From NCBI GenBank assembly GCA_965203555.1, contig CBDBCY010000004.1, forward strand, positions 2,464,001 to 2,528,000: a stretch of 64,000 nt of DNA, read 5' to 3'. Of this stretch, positions 16,730 to 30,625 are shown piece after piece (positions within the stretch are counted from its first letter, which is position 1; every line of letters begins with the position of its first letter). The translations under genes were made by a program, and so were the position numbers. A model generated the notes under the pieces. The model worked only from the letters and a program-made list of their open reading frames with translations, had not been told where the DNA came from and did no database searches. This DNA comes from Acidimicrobiia bacterium. Lineage in GTDB: Bacteria; Actinomycetota; Acidimicrobiia; Spongiisociales; ZC4RG35.

Positions 16730-18943
16730 ATGATTGTCTCGCATCCACTGCTTGAGGAACTGAACACCGAACAGCAGGAGGCGGTGGCGATCGCCGGCGG
16801 GCCGGTGATGGTGGTGGCGGGAGCAGGATCGGGCAAGACCCGGGTGCTCACTCATCGCATTGCCTACCTCATCCGGGAAATGGGGGTTCGACCCGAGTCG
16901 ATCCTGGCCATCACTTTCACCAACAAGGCTGCCAGCGAAATGCGGGAGAGAGTAGGGGGACTGTTGGGGGCCACGTTGAACAACATGTGGGTTTCCACCT
17001 TCCATTCGGCCTGTGCCCGCATACTCCGCCGGGAAGCTCACGTGTTCGGCTACCGGTCGAATTTCTCCATATACGATCGCTCGGATTCGTTGCGCCTGGT
17101 CAAGCACTGCCTCAACGACCTGGGACTCGACGCCGGCCGGCTGTCTCCCCGAGGGCTGTTGAACAAGATCAGCGGCGCCAAGAACGACCTGGTGGACTAC
17201 GAGACCTTCCTGGACCGGACAGAAGGTCCCGTCGAGGTGGCGGAGGTCTACAAGCTCTACCAGCAGCGTCTGCTGCAGATGTCGGCAATGGACTTCGACG
17301 ATTTGCTCATGGTGACCGTGGAGTTGTTCGGAGCGGTTCCCGAAGTGCTGGAGAAGTACCGCAACATCTTCCGTCACGTGCTGGTCGACGAGTACCAGGA
17401 CACCAATCGCGCCCAGTATCTGTTGGTCAGGGACCTGGCGAGAGGGCATCGCAGCCTTTTCGTGGTGGGGGACAGCGATCAGTCCATCTATGCCTTCCGA
17501 GGAGCCGACTACCGGAACTTTGACCGCTTTGACGAGGACTTCCCCGAAGCCCGGCGGGTGATCCTCAACCGCAACTACCGGTCCACTTCCACCATCCTGG
17601 ACGCCGCCAACGAGGTGATCAGCGCCAATCTTCGTTCCGATCCCAAGGATCTGTGGTGTGACCAGGGACAGGGAGACCGGATAACAGTTCATCAAGGGGC
17701 CGGAGCAGTCCGAGAGTCGCGTTTTGTCGCCAACCGGGCCAGAGCGTTGATGGCTGAGGGCTACAACCCTGCGGATATGGCGGTTTTCTACCGGACCAAC
17801 GCCCAGTCGCGCGCTTTCGAAGAAGCATTGCGCCGAGCCAAGGTGCCATACCAGGTGGTGGGAGCGGTGGCTTTCTACCAGCGCCGGGAGGTGAAGGACG
17901 TGGTCGCCTACCTGCAGGTGGTGGCCAATCCCGACGACGGGGTGGCCCTGCGACGGATCATCAACACTCCCCGCCGGGGTATTGGCCGGACCTCCCTGGG
18001 ACATATGGAGAGGTTCGTCTCCACGGAAGAGGTGAGTCTGCGGGAGGCCTTGGACAGAGCCGATGAGATAAACGGGATCTCGACCAGGGCGCGGAAGGGA
18101 GTAAAGGAACTGTCCGACCTGTTGGCCCGGATCAGAGACCACCTGGAGTCGCACGGTGTGGGCCGGGCCTCGGAAAGCGCCATTTTCGACACCGGACTGG
18201 CAGAGATGGCCACGGCCGAGGGAGGGATCGAGGCGGAGGCCCGTTCCGACAACCTTGCCGAGCTTTCCCGGGTGGCGTATGAATTCGACGCCAACCTCGA
18301 GGAGGATCTGCTTCCGATGGAGCAGTTGGGTCGCTTCCTGGAAGGTGCCTCACTGGTGTCGGATACCGACAACCTGGATGAGGGCGCCGGGGCCGTGGCG
18401 CTGATGACGGTTCACAGCGCCAAGGGACTGGAGTTCCCGGTGGTGTTCGTGGTCGGTATGCAGGACGGATTGTTTCCCCACGATCGCAGTATTTCGGATC
18501 CCGACCAACTGGAGGAGGAACGGCGACTTTTCTACGTGGCTATCACCCGCTCCATGGAGAGACTTCACCTCAGTTGGGACGACACGCGGATGGTGGGCGG
18601 GTTTCCCTATCCGCAAATCCCGAGCCGGTTCCTGCGCGAGATCCCCGACCACTTGGTGGACAACGTCGGCAGGCCGGTTTTCCGGGCCGGCGGTCGGGCA
18701 AGAGTCGGACCGACAGGTCTGCCAGCCTCCGGGGCAGCGGTCCGATCGACGAGGGGCATCGTCCGACGGTCCGGGTTCGAAGTGGGGGACCGGGTGCGTC
18801 ACCCCGAATGGGGAACGGGTCGAGTGCTGACCATCTCCGGCCGGGGGGCCCGCGCCGCGGCCACCATCTTCTTCCCGGGTCTCAAGGAACGGCGGGAACT
18901 GATGCTCACCGCGGTGGAGAAGGTGAGCGGCTTCGGTCCCTAG
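16730..18943 (+). CDS. pcrA: ATP-dependent DNA helicase PcrA/UvrD
   Basis: AGAGSGKT, TFTNKAA, DEYQD, VGDSDQSIY, NYRS, HSAKGLEF, EERRLFYVA, and a C-terminal Tudor-like domain. Confidence 0.96.
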   Translation: MIVSHPLLEELNTEQQEAVAIAGGPVMVVAGAGSGKTRVLTHRIAYLIREMGVRPESILAITFTNKAASEMRERVGGLLGATLNNMWVSTFHSACARILRREAHVFGYRSNFSIYDRSDSLRLVKHCLNDLGLDAGRLSPRGLLNKISGAKNDLVDYETFLDRTEGPVEVAEVYKLYQQRLLQMSAMDFDDLLMVTVELFGAVPEVLEKYRNIFRHVLVDEYQDTNRAQYLLVRDLARGHRSLFVVGDSDQSIYAFRGADYRNFDRFDEDFPEARRVILNRNYRSTSTILDAANEVISANLRSDPKDLWCDQGQGDRITVHQGAGAVRESRFVANRARALMAEGYNPADMAVFYRTNAQSRAFEEALRRAKVPYQVVGAVAFYQRREVKDVVAYLQVVANPDDGVALRRIINTPRRGIGRTSLGHMERFVSTEEVSLREALDRADEINGISTRARKGVKELSDLLARIRDHLESHGVGRASESAIFDTGLAEMATAEGGIEAEARSDNLAELSRVAYEFDANLEEDLLPMEQLGRFLEGASLVSDTDNLDEGAGAVALMTVHSAKGLEFPVVFVVGMQDGLFPHDRSISDPDQLEEERRLFYVAITRSMERLHLSWDDTRMVGGFPYPQIPSRFLREIPDHLVDNVGRPVFRAGGRARVGPTGLPASGAAVRSTRGIVRRSGFEVGDRVRHPEWGTGRVLTISGRGARAAATIFFPGLKERRELMLTAVEKVSGFGP

Positions 18944-18960
18944 ACCGGCGACTCGGTCAC

Positions 18961-21465
18961 TTACTCTTCACCGGAATTTGACGGGTCCATTATTCTCGCT
19001 CCGGGCACCTCGATCTCGCTGCTGCGGAACCAGACTCCTACCGGGAGGTCAGCCGGCAGGTAGCGAAGGTCGGGGATGATCGCTTCGCCGTCGGCGCCGA
19101 CGAATCCCACTTCGGTCCGGCCACCGGCAACGGGCCGCGCCCGGATCCTCCCGATTGAATCTTCCTGCACCTCGACACCCCCGCTCACGTGCCACCTTCC
19201 CGCAGGTGCGTCGACACGCAGGAATCGCTGGGTCGGCAGGGCTTGCCGGCCGTCGGCAAACTCGACGCCGTGCTCGATGCGGCCGTCCTCGCCCAACCGG
19301 GCGACTATGCGGAGCCGGTGGGACTCGGGGCCGGATACCGGTGCCGGAAGCGTCTCGGGACGCAGCAGCCTGCGAAGTTGGGAACTGTGGTTGATCTGGA
19401 GGCGTTGGAGGAAGCGCAGGTTCGCCGCGCCGGCCTTCTCCACCGCGCACAGTGCACTGTCCACTGCCAACCCGTGAACAGGCCGGATCGTACGCATTTC
19501 GGCGTCGAGAGCGAGCAACTGGTCAACGTCGGCGGCGTCGGCGGCCTGGAGCGCGTCGCGTAGTGCATCGGCTCCCGGGTTGCAGGCCTGGTCTGCCATC
19601 ATCTTCCGGACGTCGGCATCCTTCCATCCCTCATCGGCGGCCCGGGCCGCGGTGACGATCCCTCCAGCCGTCACCGCCGCCGCGACGACGCTTTCGGCAT
19701 AGGAGACCTGGGAGTGTGTTTCGAGTGCTTCCTCGAACGACAGCGTGGCGCCATTGTCGATCCGCTGCTGGAGCGAGCGCCAGGATGAGGCCATCCAGGC
19801 GAACTCGGAAGATGCCGCAGCGGCTACCTGGAGCACGGAGTCCTCGATCGCGATCGGATTGAGCGCCTCGTCGGCGGCCAGGGAATCGATCATCCCCAAT
19901 GCGCGGGCAGCAGAAGCGTATCGCTGTCCGAACGCCTTGAGCAACGTGTTGGTCGACAGGTTCGCCACGGTGACCGGGGCCGGGTCCCCCTCCTCCGACA
20001 GCGCTGCGATCCCCGGCCGCTCGAACACGTCGTCCAAGACCTGGGTTAGCACCCCCGCCGCATAGATCGCTCTAAGCCGAACCTGCGGATCTACGTTTGC
20101 GTCCGGGTCGGTGGCAGTGCTCACCTCTGTCGTAACCTTCCCGTCGCCATCAGCTTTGGCGGCCACTATGTACCTGGCGCCGTCTACGCGTACGTCTACG
20201 GGCTCGAAGGTCGGACCGCTCAGAACAATCAGGTTCTGCCACAGGCCGTGGAACCCGATTTCTTCACCCGTCCTGTCGTAGGTCACGACTGCCACGAACA
20301 GCCACGTGGGGCCGGACCGATGGAAACTGACCTCGAACGGAGCGATGTCGCTGATCAAAGTGCTGCCCGCGCTCGCCGTACCGGACCCGGAGTGATAAGC
20401 GACTCCGGCTTGCCAATGCCCTCCAACAGGGCCGAGGCGCTCGAACACGCGGGGTCCGACCACGTACAGCACGGCGTAGCCGCCCGCGGCGAGATCGCCC
20501 CCAACGTTCCCGGCGCGGTAGTGGACAAGGAAGGGATCGCCCGCGACCACCTCCGCGGGAACCTGCGCCTGCTCGATCTTCAACTGGGCGCGCTTGCGTT
20601 CCGCCTGCTCGTCAACCAGGTGGACAGTGAGGTCGAAGTCGGCTCGCAGGGGTTGGTAATCGCGCTCAAGGTAGGTGGTCGCCTCGATGAAGTAGCCACC
20701 GGCGGGCAGATATTTTTCTATGCGAGAGTTACGGAACTCCCCGCCATCGTCGTTGGCTCCGATTATTCCACCCGATAGTGACGCCAAGGACAACACGGGA
20801 TCGCCGTTCTCCGATGTCAGATCGATACGCACGCGACCGCCCTGCTCAAGGTTGAACGTGTAACCGTGAGCAGGGTGCTCCACGACGAAGCGCGACCCGC
20901 ACGTATCAAGCGTCCAGGATCCGGATGCGGTCAGATCGGCGCCCGCTTCCAGGGTGCCGAGATGCACCGGCTCGCAACCGGAAACGTAGCTGACGGAGAT
21001 GGCGAAGTCCGCAGGTCCCCGGCTCCTGCCGCCGGCAGTCGTTGCCTCGATCACATACGTACCGGGTAGCAGGTCTTGCTCAACGCGGGCATCGATTGTG
21101 GCTCCGCCGTCGTCGTTGTCTGCGAGGCGACTTCCGTCCTCCGCCAGCAGGTAGAGGTATGGATCGCCCCCTGCCGATGTCAGGTCGATCCTGACCCGTC
21201 CTGCCGTAGCGACTCGGAACCGATAAGTGTGGGCGTCACTGTCAGAGCGGAACTGTGAATCGCAGTCTGTGTTCGTCCAACGCCCGATCGCCTCCAACCT
21301 GTTGCTGCTCAGCGTTCCGAGGTCTATGACCTCGCAGTCTGTGGACTCCTGCCCAGACACGGTTCCCGATCCCGGGAGGGCAAATAGACTCGCCATGAGG
21401 GTGAAGGCGATGCACGCCCGGGCCAGTCTGCGCACGCCGGGCCTACCGACGAGGACTCGTCTCAT
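18961..21465 (-). CDS. Secreted protein with two PPC (pre-peptidase C-terminal) domains and an unknown C-terminus
   Basis: Signal peptide; two RVRIDLTS..GDP.L.L....NDDGG...R repeats. Confidence 0.75.
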   Translation of the reverse strand: MRRVLVGRPGVRRLARACIAFTLMASLFALPGSGTVSGQESTDCEVIDLGTLSSNRLEAIGRWTNTDCDSQFRSDSDAHTYRFRVATAGRVRIDLTSAGGDPYLYLLAEDGSRLADNDDGGATIDARVEQDLLPGTYVIEATTAGGRSRGPADFAISVSYVSGCEPVHLGTLEAGADLTASGSWTLDTCGSRFVVEHPAHGYTFNLEQGGRVRIDLTSENGDPVLSLASLSGGIIGANDDGGEFRNSRIEKYLPAGGYFIEATTYLERDYQPLRADFDLTVHLVDEQAERKRAQLKIEQAQVPAEVVAGDPFLVHYRAGNVGGDLAAGGYAVLYVVGPRVFERLGPVGGHWQAGVAYHSGSGTASAGSTLISDIAPFEVSFHRSGPTWLFVAVVTYDRTGEEIGFHGLWQNLIVLSGPTFEPVDVRVDGARYIVAAKADGDGKVTTEVSTATDPDANVDPQVRLRAIYAAGVLTQVLDDVFERPGIAALSEEGDPAPVTVANLSTNTLLKAFGQRYASAARALGMIDSLAADEALNPIAIEDSVLQVAAAASSEFAWMASSWRSLQQRIDNGATLSFEEALETHSQVSYAESVVAAAVTAGGIVTAARAADEGWKDADVRKMMADQACNPGADALRDALQAADAADVDQLLALDAEMRTIRPVHGLAVDSALCAVEKAGAANLRFLQRLQINHSSQLRRLLRPETLPAPVSGPESHRLRIVARLGEDGRIEHGVEFADGRQALPTQRFLRVDAPAGRWHVSGGVEVQEDSIGRIRARPVAGGRTEVGFVGADGEAIIPDLRYLPADLPVGVWFRSSEIEVPGARIMDPSNSGEE

Positions 21466-21902
21466 CTCAAACTCCTCCTGTTTCGGACCGCTGTCAGACA
21501 GGTGCCCTGTGCCGACCGAGAGCCTTGACGATCAGGGCGCTGAGAGCAACCAGCGAAATACTCTGTTCGATCAAAACTAAACACTAGCGCGACTGATTCA
21601 AACTATCTGAACGATACAACCTTGCCGAAAGGTAACGACTCTGCTGACCTCCGGCACCAAATCAAAAGGATTTACATACCAAAGTGGCGGCGCCAAGCCA
21701 TCAGCCCCGGTATCGCCAGTTCTTCTTGGGAGGCGTGGAGAGAACAGCACGGGCGATGTTCTCCGGCGTGTCGGGGATCGGCGGACGCCGCGGTCCAAGC
21801 CAACAATTGGATTACGGAGGAGGCGGCGGGATTCAGGCGCGCTGCTGTGGAAACCGCTTTCCCGTCTACAATTGCTCACTTGTAGCCATCCGACCCCCGA
21901 GG

Positions 21903-23633
<1,731 letters not shown>

Positions 23634-23682
23634 AGTCTGCTCGGACTATCGCCGCCCAACCGATACGAGGAAAGGGTTCAGA

Positions 23683-24795
23683 TCAGGCGAGTTCAACGTA
23701 TTTGGCTCTAATGTGGGTTTGCAGTTCCACGAAGGACTCAGCGAAACTGCGCACTCCCTGTGTTTCCAGGATTTGCACCACGTCCCGGTAGTCGATTCCC
23801 ACTGCCTCCAGTTCCGCCAGCAGACTCCGCGACTGCGCGGTCTCTTCGGGCCCGAAAATTTGGGGCCGCCGGGCGCCGTGGTCGGCATAGGCCTCGATGG
23901 TGGACAGGGGTAGCGTGTTGACGGTGTGGGGGGACACGAGGGTGTCCACGTACAGGGTGTCGGGGTAGGCCGGGTTCTTGGTGGAGGTGGAGGCCCACAG
24001 GGGACGCTGTATTCGTGCGCCACGGGCTGCCAGCCGGTCCCAGCGGTCGCCGGAGAACACCGAGAGGAATTCCCCGTACGCCGCCCGGGCGTTGGCCACC
24101 GCCGCCTTGCCTCGTAAGGCCAGCGCCTTGGGGTCGCCTCGATGTTCCAGGCGCCGGTCCACCTCGGTATCCACCCTGGAGACGAAGAAAGACGCCACCG
24201 AAGAAACCTCCCGCAGGTTCCCACCCACCTGCCAGTAGTCCTCGAGGCCTGCCAGGTAGGCGTCCATAACCTTGCGGTACCTGGCCAGCGAGAAGATCAG
24301 GGTCACGTTCACCGAGATACCCTCGCCGGTCAGTTGGCGGATGGCCGGGATGCCCTCCGGGGTTGCGGGCACCTTCACCAGCAGGTTGGGTCGACTCACC
24401 CGTTTTACCCACTCCCGCGCCTCGGCCACCGTGGCAGGGGTGTCCGCCGCCAATACCGGTGAGACCTCTACGGAGACAAAGCCGTCCGCCCCGCCGGTCG
24501 CGCGGTGAACAGGCCCCAAAACGTCACAGGCGTCGGTGATGTCCCGGGTGATCAATTCGGCGTAGGTTTCGTCGGGATCCGAACCCTGTCGGATCAGACG
24601 AGCCATCTCCCGGTCATAGTCGTTGCTCTTGGTGATCGCCGCGGCGAAGATGGACGGATTGGACGTAACCCCGGTTATATGCTGCTGGCGCACCCGGCGG
24701 GAGAGCTCCCCGCTGTCCAGCATCGCCCGGGAGATCTGATCGGCCCAGATGCTTTGCCCGGCCAGGGTGAGGGCGTGGAGGGGAAGAACTGACAT
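23683..24795 (-). CDS. tal: Transaldolase (actinobacterial type)
   Basis: [44 protein letters not shown]. Confidence 0.95.
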   Translation of the reverse strand: MSVLPLHALTLAGQSIWADQISRAMLDSGELSRRVRQQHITGVTSNPSIFAAAITKSNDYDREMARLIRQGSDPDETYAELITRDITDACDVLGPVHRATGGADGFVSVEVSPVLAADTPATVAEAREWVKRVSRPNLLVKVPATPEGIPAIRQLTGEGISVNVTLIFSLARYRKVMDAYLAGLEDYWQVGGNLREVSSVASFFVSRVDTEVDRRLEHRGDPKALALRGKAAVANARAAYGEFLSVFSGDRWDRLAARGARIQRPLWASTSTKNPAYPDTLYVDTLVSPHTVNTLPLSTIEAYADHGARRPQIFGPEETAQSRSLLAELEAVGIDYRDVVQILETQGVRSFAESFVELQTHIRAKYVELA

Positions 24796-24831
24796 GGGAT
24801 TGATGGTAATGGCGGCTCTACCCTTGGACGG

Positions 24832-25215
24832 ATGAGAAGACGCGTCTTGATTGCCAAAGCAGGTCTGGACGGCCATGATCGAGGGGCCAAGGTGGTGGCC
24901 CGCGCTCTTCGCGACGGGGGACACGAGGTGATCTACACGGGACTTCACCAGACCCCCGGGCAAGTGGTGGCGGCGGCTGTCCAGGAGGATGTGGACGCCA
25001 TCGGGCTCTCTGTGATGTCCGGGGCGTACATGTCGATTTTCCCTCCCATTCTCGATTTGCTGGCATCCTCGGGCGCCGACCACATCGTGGTTTTCGGGGG
25101 AGGCGTGATTCCCGCAGAAGATGTGGAACGACTTCTGGACATGGGGGTGGCCCGAATTTTTGCCCCGGGGGCGTCCTTGGGGGAGATCATCGAATGGGTC
25201 GACAATCACCTGTAG
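24832..25215 (+). CDS. Cobalamin-binding subunit of methylmalonyl-CoA mutase-type enzymes
   Basis: [10 protein letters not shown] and GGVIP motifs. Confidence 0.92.
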   Translation: MRRRVLIAKAGLDGHDRGAKVVARALRDGGHEVIYTGLHQTPGQVVAAAVQEDVDAIGLSVMSGAYMSIFPPILDLLASSGADHIVVFGGGVIPAEDVERLLDMGVARIFAPGASLGEIIEWVDNHL

Positions 25216-25243
25216 GGGATCTTGAGGACGAGGAACCTGTCAG

Positions 25244-26911
25244 CCTGGATCCACCGGTGGGTTTGGTGGTGTGGGGTGGTGAAATGCTGTGAAGTGCCTC
25301 TCTGACCTGGGAGAATAGCTGTTACCAAACACGGCTATTTGCCCTGGCAGAGGAGGCACTTCTTGTGAAAATGATAACCAGGTTGGACGGGTTGGAGGTG
25401 AGGTTCGACGAGGGGTCGTTGGTGGCCGACGCGGGTCTGCTACTGGCCGGGAGTTTTTTGTCCCGGTTGGGTGTGGAACAGTTGGTGGACGACACCGTGA
25501 ACATTCCCGGCAAACAGGGCGGCGCCCGTCCGGGCCGCAAGATACTGTCGTTGGTGGCGTCGATGCTGCTGGGCGGCACCCATATCGATCATGCCGATCG
25601 GCTGCGGTCTGCAGCCACCCGTAGGGTGCTGCCGTTTCGGGTGATGGCCCCTTTTCACGCTGGGAACGTTTCTTCGTTCTTTCACATGGGGTCATGTCTG
25701 CCAGTTGAACAAAGCCTTGGGACTGCTGCTGGCCCGGGTGTGGTCCCAGCCGGGCATCGGCCCGGGCGACCGTCGGTTGATTATTGATGTGGACTCCACC
25801 ATCTGCGAGGTTCACGGCAAGAAAAAGGAAGGCGCCGTCTACGGTCACACCGGTGTGTTGGGATACCATCCGCTGACGGCGATCGTGTCCGACACCGGCG
25901 AGATTGTTCATCATCGCCTGCGGAAAGGATCCTCGCAGAGAGGAAACACCCGGTTCATAGTCGAGACGGTCAACCGGGTGAGACGGGCCGGAGCGACCGG
26001 TACGATCACCGTCCGGGCGGACAAGGGCTTTTGGTCGGGTAAGACCGTGCAGAAACTGGAGTCCATGGGAGCGGAGTGGTTTATCGGTGTTCGACGATAT
26101 CCCAACGTCAAACGTGCCATAGAGAACATAGACAACGATGATTGGGTGGACATCGGCTACACCCCGGACGGTCAGGCGCAGGTGGCCGAGACCACTATCA
26201 CCACCAAGATCGACAAAGAAGAACACACCCTGCGGGTGGTGGTCAGACGCACCCGCCTCACCGACCGCCAACACCCCCAGTTGCCGATCTGGTCCGACTG
26301 GCGACACCACGCGTTCGCCACCAGCAACCGTGTCCTCGAAGCGGTGGAAGCCGACAGTATGTACCGCCGTCATGCCTGTGTGGAACTGGGCATCCGCGAC
26401 CTCAAACATCACGCCGGACTGGCCCACTGCCCATCAGGGCGGTTCTTCGCCAACGCTGCCTGGACGGCCGCCGCGGTGGCGGCTCACAACCTGTACCGGT
26501 GGATCAACCACCACACCAAAACACCAAAGGGAAAGCTCACCTGCGGTCGCACGGTCCGCACCCGCCTTTTCAACCTGCCCGGAAGAATCGTCAACCACAG
26601 CCACAAACTCCTCCTGCGACTACCCACCCGCTGGCCATGGGCAAACGCCTACCGAACCGCTCTCAACAGCATCCGCACCCTGCCACAACTCTGCTGAACA
26701 ACCCCGCCAGCAACCCAAACCCTCTATCAGGACTGCATCACTCCGGCTGCCGCATACCCCAAAAGCCCCCCACCGGGCCGTTTACACCCCGCAACCCCAC
26801 CGACAGACCCCGACCACCGTCCAAAGAACAAAACCCGCCCGCCAAAACACCAAAAACAAGCCCGATCACACCAACCACACCCACCCAAACCACCCGATCG
26901 GTGGATTGAGG
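25244..26911 (+). mobile_element. IS1380-family insertion sequence
   Basis: Terminal IRs CCTGGATCCACCG / CGGTGGATTGAGG (11 of 13 match). 5-bp target duplication GTCAG at 25239-25243 and 26912-26916. Confidence 0.92.
25365..26697 (+). pseudogene. IS1380 DDE transposase, frameshifted near 25653
   Basis: SLVADAGL...MAP/TLGTFLRSFTWGHV...IDVDST...GYHPL...VRADKGF...YRRHACVELGIRDLK...PSGRFFANAAW. There is one extra T in CCCCTTTTC. Confidence 0.9.
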
Positions 26912-26953
26912 GTCAGAGAACCATCCCCCGGCCGGGGCTACCATATTCGCCTT

Positions 26954-28174
26954 GTGAACATTCATGAGCACCAGGCCAAGGAACTGCTGGCCTCTTACGG
27001 GGTAGCCGTACCTGCGGGCAGGGCGGCCTTCACTCCTCGAGAGGCGGCCGATGCCTCTGTGGCCCTCCTGGAACAGACCGGCGGTCATTTGGTAGTGATC
27101 AAAGCGCAGATCCACGCCGGCGGAAGGGGGAAGGGTAGCTTCAAGGAATATCCTGATGCGGGGATCGGTGGGGTGAATGTCGTGGCCTCGGGGCAGCAAC
27201 ATCTTATGCGCAAGCGGATGCTGGGACTGGCCGAGAAGATGCTGGGATCCACGCTGGTCACCGTACAGACCGGGCCCGCCGGCAAGGTGGTGAACCGCCT
27301 GCTGGTGGAAGCCGGTGTGAGTATCGCCCAAGAGCTTTACCTGGCCGTCCAACTCGACCGCAAGGTCTCCCGCCCGGTCATTCTGGCTTCCACCGAAGGG
27401 GGAGTGGAGATCGAGAAGGTGGCGGCCGAGTCTCCCGAGAAGCTGGTGACCGAGACCATCGATCCAGCGGTGGGGATCCGCCCTTTCCAGTTGCGGCGCC
27501 TCGCCAACCGCCTCGGTCTTTCCGGCAAGGCGGCTTCCTCGTACACCACACTGGTGGCAAAAGTGGTGGAAGCGGCTGCAGATCTGGACACCGAGCTGCT
27601 GGAGATCAACCCCCTGGTGATTACCTCCTCCGGAGAAGCCTTGGCGCTCGATGCCAAAGTGTCCTTCGAGGACAACGCCCTCTACCGCCATCCGAAAGTG
27701 GCACAGATGCGGGACGAGAGCGAGGAGGCGTCTGCGGAGACGACTTCCCGCAAGGCCGGGCTCAACTACGTGAAACTCGATGGGGAGATCGGATGTATGG
27801 TGAACGGCGCGGGACTGGCCATGGCCACCATGGACATCGTCCAACATTACGGTGGCACTCCCGCCAACTTTCTGGATGTGGGGGGTGACACCGACGCCGA
27901 ACGGGTGGCCACCGGGTTCCGGATCATCACCGCTGATCCGAATGTGAAGGGAATCTTTGTCAACATCTTCGGAGGGATCGTCCATTGCGACGTGATAGCC
28001 GAGGGCGTGCTGGCCGCCACGCGGCAGGTGGGGCTCTCGGTGCCGTTGGTGGTGAGGCTCGAGGGAACCAACGTCGATCTGGGACGCAGAATGATCGCCG
28101 AATCGGGGCTGGACGTCATCTCCGCAACCGACATGGCGGATGGGGCTCGCCGGATAGTGGAGTCGTGTCGATGA
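26954..28174 (+). CDS. sucC: Succinyl-CoA ligase beta subunit
   Basis: [48 protein letters not shown]. Confidence 0.97.
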   Translation: MNIHEHQAKELLASYGVAVPAGRAAFTPREAADASVALLEQTGGHLVVIKAQIHAGGRGKGSFKEYPDAGIGGVNVVASGQQHLMRKRMLGLAEKMLGSTLVTVQTGPAGKVVNRLLVEAGVSIAQELYLAVQLDRKVSRPVILASTEGGVEIEKVAAESPEKLVTETIDPAVGIRPFQLRRLANRLGLSGKAASSYTTLVAKVVEAAADLDTELLEINPLVITSSGEALALDAKVSFEDNALYRHPKVAQMRDESEEASAETTSRKAGLNYVKLDGEIGCMVNGAGLAMATMDIVQHYGGTPANFLDVGGDTDAERVATGFRIITADPNVKGIFVNIFGGIVHCDVIAEGVLAATRQVGLSVPLVVRLEGTNVDLGRRMIAESGLDVISATDMADGARRIVESCR

Positions 28175-29097
28175 GCATTCTTTGCAACCGGGACACGAGA
28201 CTCCTGATCCAGGGCTTGGGCAGAGCCGGACAGTTTCACACCCGGCAGATAATCGCCTACGGAACCCAGGTGGTGGGCGGTGTTCATCCCCGCCGGGCCG
28301 GAGAGACCCACAGTTTCTCCGGAAAGACCGATCACAGCGGGGTTCCGGGGAGACCCGACGCCTTCGAGGTGGACCTGCCCCTCTTCTCGGGGGTGAGCGA
28401 AGCGGTGGACGCCACCGGCGCCAACTCCAGCCTGATATTCGTCCCGCCTCCCTTTGCGGCCGATTCGATCATGGAGGCGGCCGATGCCGGTGTGGAACTG
28501 ATCGTTTGCATCACCGAAGGAGTGCCGGTCAATGACATGGTGACCGTCAAGAGCTACCTGCAGTCGCGAACCTCCCGCTTGCTGGGGCCCAATTGCCCGG
28601 GGGTGATAACTCCGGGAGAGTGCAAGTTGGGGATAATGCCCGGTTACATCCACAACCCCGGAAAAGTGGGGGTGATCAGCCGCTCGGGAACCCTCACCTA
28701 CGAGGCCGTGTATCAGCTCACCAACCTCGGTCTGGGGCAGACCACCGCCCTGGGCATCGGGGGCGATCCGGTGAACGGCACCAGTTTCGTGGACGCCCTG
28801 CGTCTGTTCGAGGCCGACCCGGCCACCGAGGGGGTGCTGATGATCGGTGAAATCGGCGGTCCGGCCGAGGAAGAAGCCGCGGACTTCGTTCGCTCGGAGA
28901 TGACCAAGCCGGTGGCGGGGTTCATCGCCGGGCTCACCGCCCCACCGGGAAAGCGCATGGGCCATGCCGGGGCGATCATCTCCGGCGGGCAGGGGACCGC
29001 GCAGAGCAAAATCGAGGCCTTCCGACGGGCCGGAATCGAGATAGCTCCGACTCCCCCCGACATGGGCTCGGCCATGCTGGCCGCACTCCGCCGGTAG
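28171..29097 (+). CDS. sucD: Succinyl-CoA ligase alpha subunit
   Basis: [29 protein letters not shown]. Confidence 0.97.
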   Translation: MSILCNRDTRLLIQGLGRAGQFHTRQIIAYGTQVVGGVHPRRAGETHSFSGKTDHSGVPGRPDAFEVDLPLFSGVSEAVDATGANSSLIFVPPPFAADSIMEAADAGVELIVCITEGVPVNDMVTVKSYLQSRTSRLLGPNCPGVITPGECKLGIMPGYIHNPGKVGVISRSGTLTYEAVYQLTNLGLGQTTALGIGGDPVNGTSFVDALRLFEADPATEGVLMIGEIGGPAEEEAADFVRSEMTKPVAGFIAGLTAPPGKRMGHAGAIISGGQGTAQSKIEAFRRAGIEIAPTPPDMGSAMLAALRR

Positions 29098-29191
29098 TCG
29101 GAACACCCTTCACCCGGCACGCCGCCCTGGGGTTACTCTTGAATGTCATGGCACCCTTGGTCGGGCTTACCGAGCACCGAGAGGTACGGCC

Positions 29192-30619
29192 TTGAAACTG
29201 GTGATGGTGGCGGCGGGAAAGGTGGCCCGCAACGTTCTGGGTCGATTGGGTGACCGCTGGGAGGTCACCCTGATCGACCCCAGGGACTCCGCCCTGCAGA
29301 TGGCGCGCCGCGTCAGAGAGGTCGAGACCGTTCAGGGCGACGGTTCCAGCCGAGTGGTGCTCCGCATGGCCGGTTTGAAGGATGCCGAGGCTCTGATAGC
29401 CGCCAGCAGGGAAGACGAAGTGAACCTGGAGGCATGCCGGTACGCCCGGAAACTGGGTGTTCCCCGAATCATCGCCGTGGCGGACGCCTCCGATCAGATG
29501 TCGTCCTACCGGGAGTTGGGAGCGAAGGTGGTGTGGGCCGACAACCTTACGGCCCGGCACGTTGAAATCAACCTTGACGGTCGCCGTACTCAGTCAGCCG
29601 CTTTCGCCAACGGACTGGCCGAGGCGATGGAGTTTCGCATTTCCCACGATTCTCCGCTGCAAGGGGTGACCGTCCGCTCGCTGGGTCTGCGGTCCTGGCT
29701 GGTGGCGACTGTGCTGAGAGACCAGCGCCTGATCATTCCCCACGGCAACACAGTGCTGGAGGAGGGAGATCTGGTCACAGTGGTGGGCGCATCCGAGGAC
29801 TATGCGGACATGGTGGAGACATTCACCGCCGGACACGCCCGGTTCCCCCTTGATTACGGGCTCTCGGTGGCGGTGGCCCTGGCCGCTACGCCTTCCGATG
29901 ACGCGGTGCTGGCCGAGGCTGCCCACTTCGTGAAATTCACGGCCGCCGACTCCATCCTGGCTTTGTTTCCTCCACTGGACCGCAGGGAGCCCGGGGAGGT
30001 CGAAGCGTTGCGCCGCAGGATGGACCAGTGGCGAGTGCGGCACGAGAGCATCGAGATAACCTTCATGGTCTCACCGGGCGTCGGCCCGGAAGCAGTGTTC
30101 GATGTTGCCTCCTCGGAGTCGGTTGGCGTGGTGGTGGCGCCTCGGCCGCCGAGCCGGCGCAAAGTGGTGAGGCTGGTTGAACTGAGCCGTTCACGAAGAA
30201 CCCCTCTGTTGATAGCCTCAGGACGTTTTCCATATTCGGGTCCCATGGTGCTGCTCAGCGGTGAAGAAGAAGAGGAGTATCTGGGCGCCCGGGAGGCGAT
30301 CGACATGGCCGCTCACTCGGGAACCGCTTTGCAAACCGTGGGGGTCCTGCCTCCCCAATTCCTACCGGGGGAGAAGACGCGTCACGACATCCGGGTACAG
30401 ATCAGTCGGGTCCGGGAGGAAGCTTCCGTACAGGGGGTCACCATCCGTCGTCGTATCCAGCGGGGCAACCCGGTGCGGGTGGTGGATGAACTCTCCAGGA
30501 ATTCACTGGTGGTGATGAGTATTGGAGGTCATCCCTACAGTTATCTTCGTCCGGGGATCGCGGGTCTGATGGCTGCCACTGTGGACTCTTCAGTCATCCT
30601 GGTACCCGCCCGGAACTGA
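29192..30619 (+). CDS. TrkA/RCK regulatory protein fused to USP-like domains
   Basis: RCK-N (GDGS...LRMAGL...EVNLEAC) and RCK-C (IIPHGNTVLEEGD), then a USP-like tail (GNPVR...SSVILVP). Confidence 0.75.
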   Translation: MKLVMVAAGKVARNVLGRLGDRWEVTLIDPRDSALQMARRVREVETVQGDGSSRVVLRMAGLKDAEALIAASREDEVNLEACRYARKLGVPRIIAVADASDQMSSYRELGAKVVWADNLTARHVEINLDGRRTQSAAFANGLAEAMEFRISHDSPLQGVTVRSLGLRSWLVATVLRDQRLIIPHGNTVLEEGDLVTVVGASEDYADMVETFTAGHARFPLDYGLSVAVALAATPSDDAVLAEAAHFVKFTAADSILALFPPLDRREPGEVEALRRRMDQWRVRHESIEITFMVSPGVGPEAVFDVASSESVGVVVAPRPPSRRKVVRLVELSRSRRTPLLIASGRFPYSGPMVLLSGEEEEEYLGAREAIDMAAHSGTALQTVGVLPPQFLPGEKTRHDIRVQISRVREEASVQGVTIRRRIQRGNPVRVVDELSRNSLVVMSIGGHPYSYLRPGIAGLMAATVDSSVILVPARN

Positions 30620-30625
30620 CTTACG

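Noticed and set aside
21612-21670. c-di-GMP-I riboswitch-like TTGCC-GAAA-GGTAA...CCTCCGG
   Set aside because: It lacks the GGCAAAC and GACGCAAAG cores and the tetraloop receptor.
21622-21885. 87-aa intergenic ORF
   Set aside because: TTG start, no SD and no motif; it cannot be supported.
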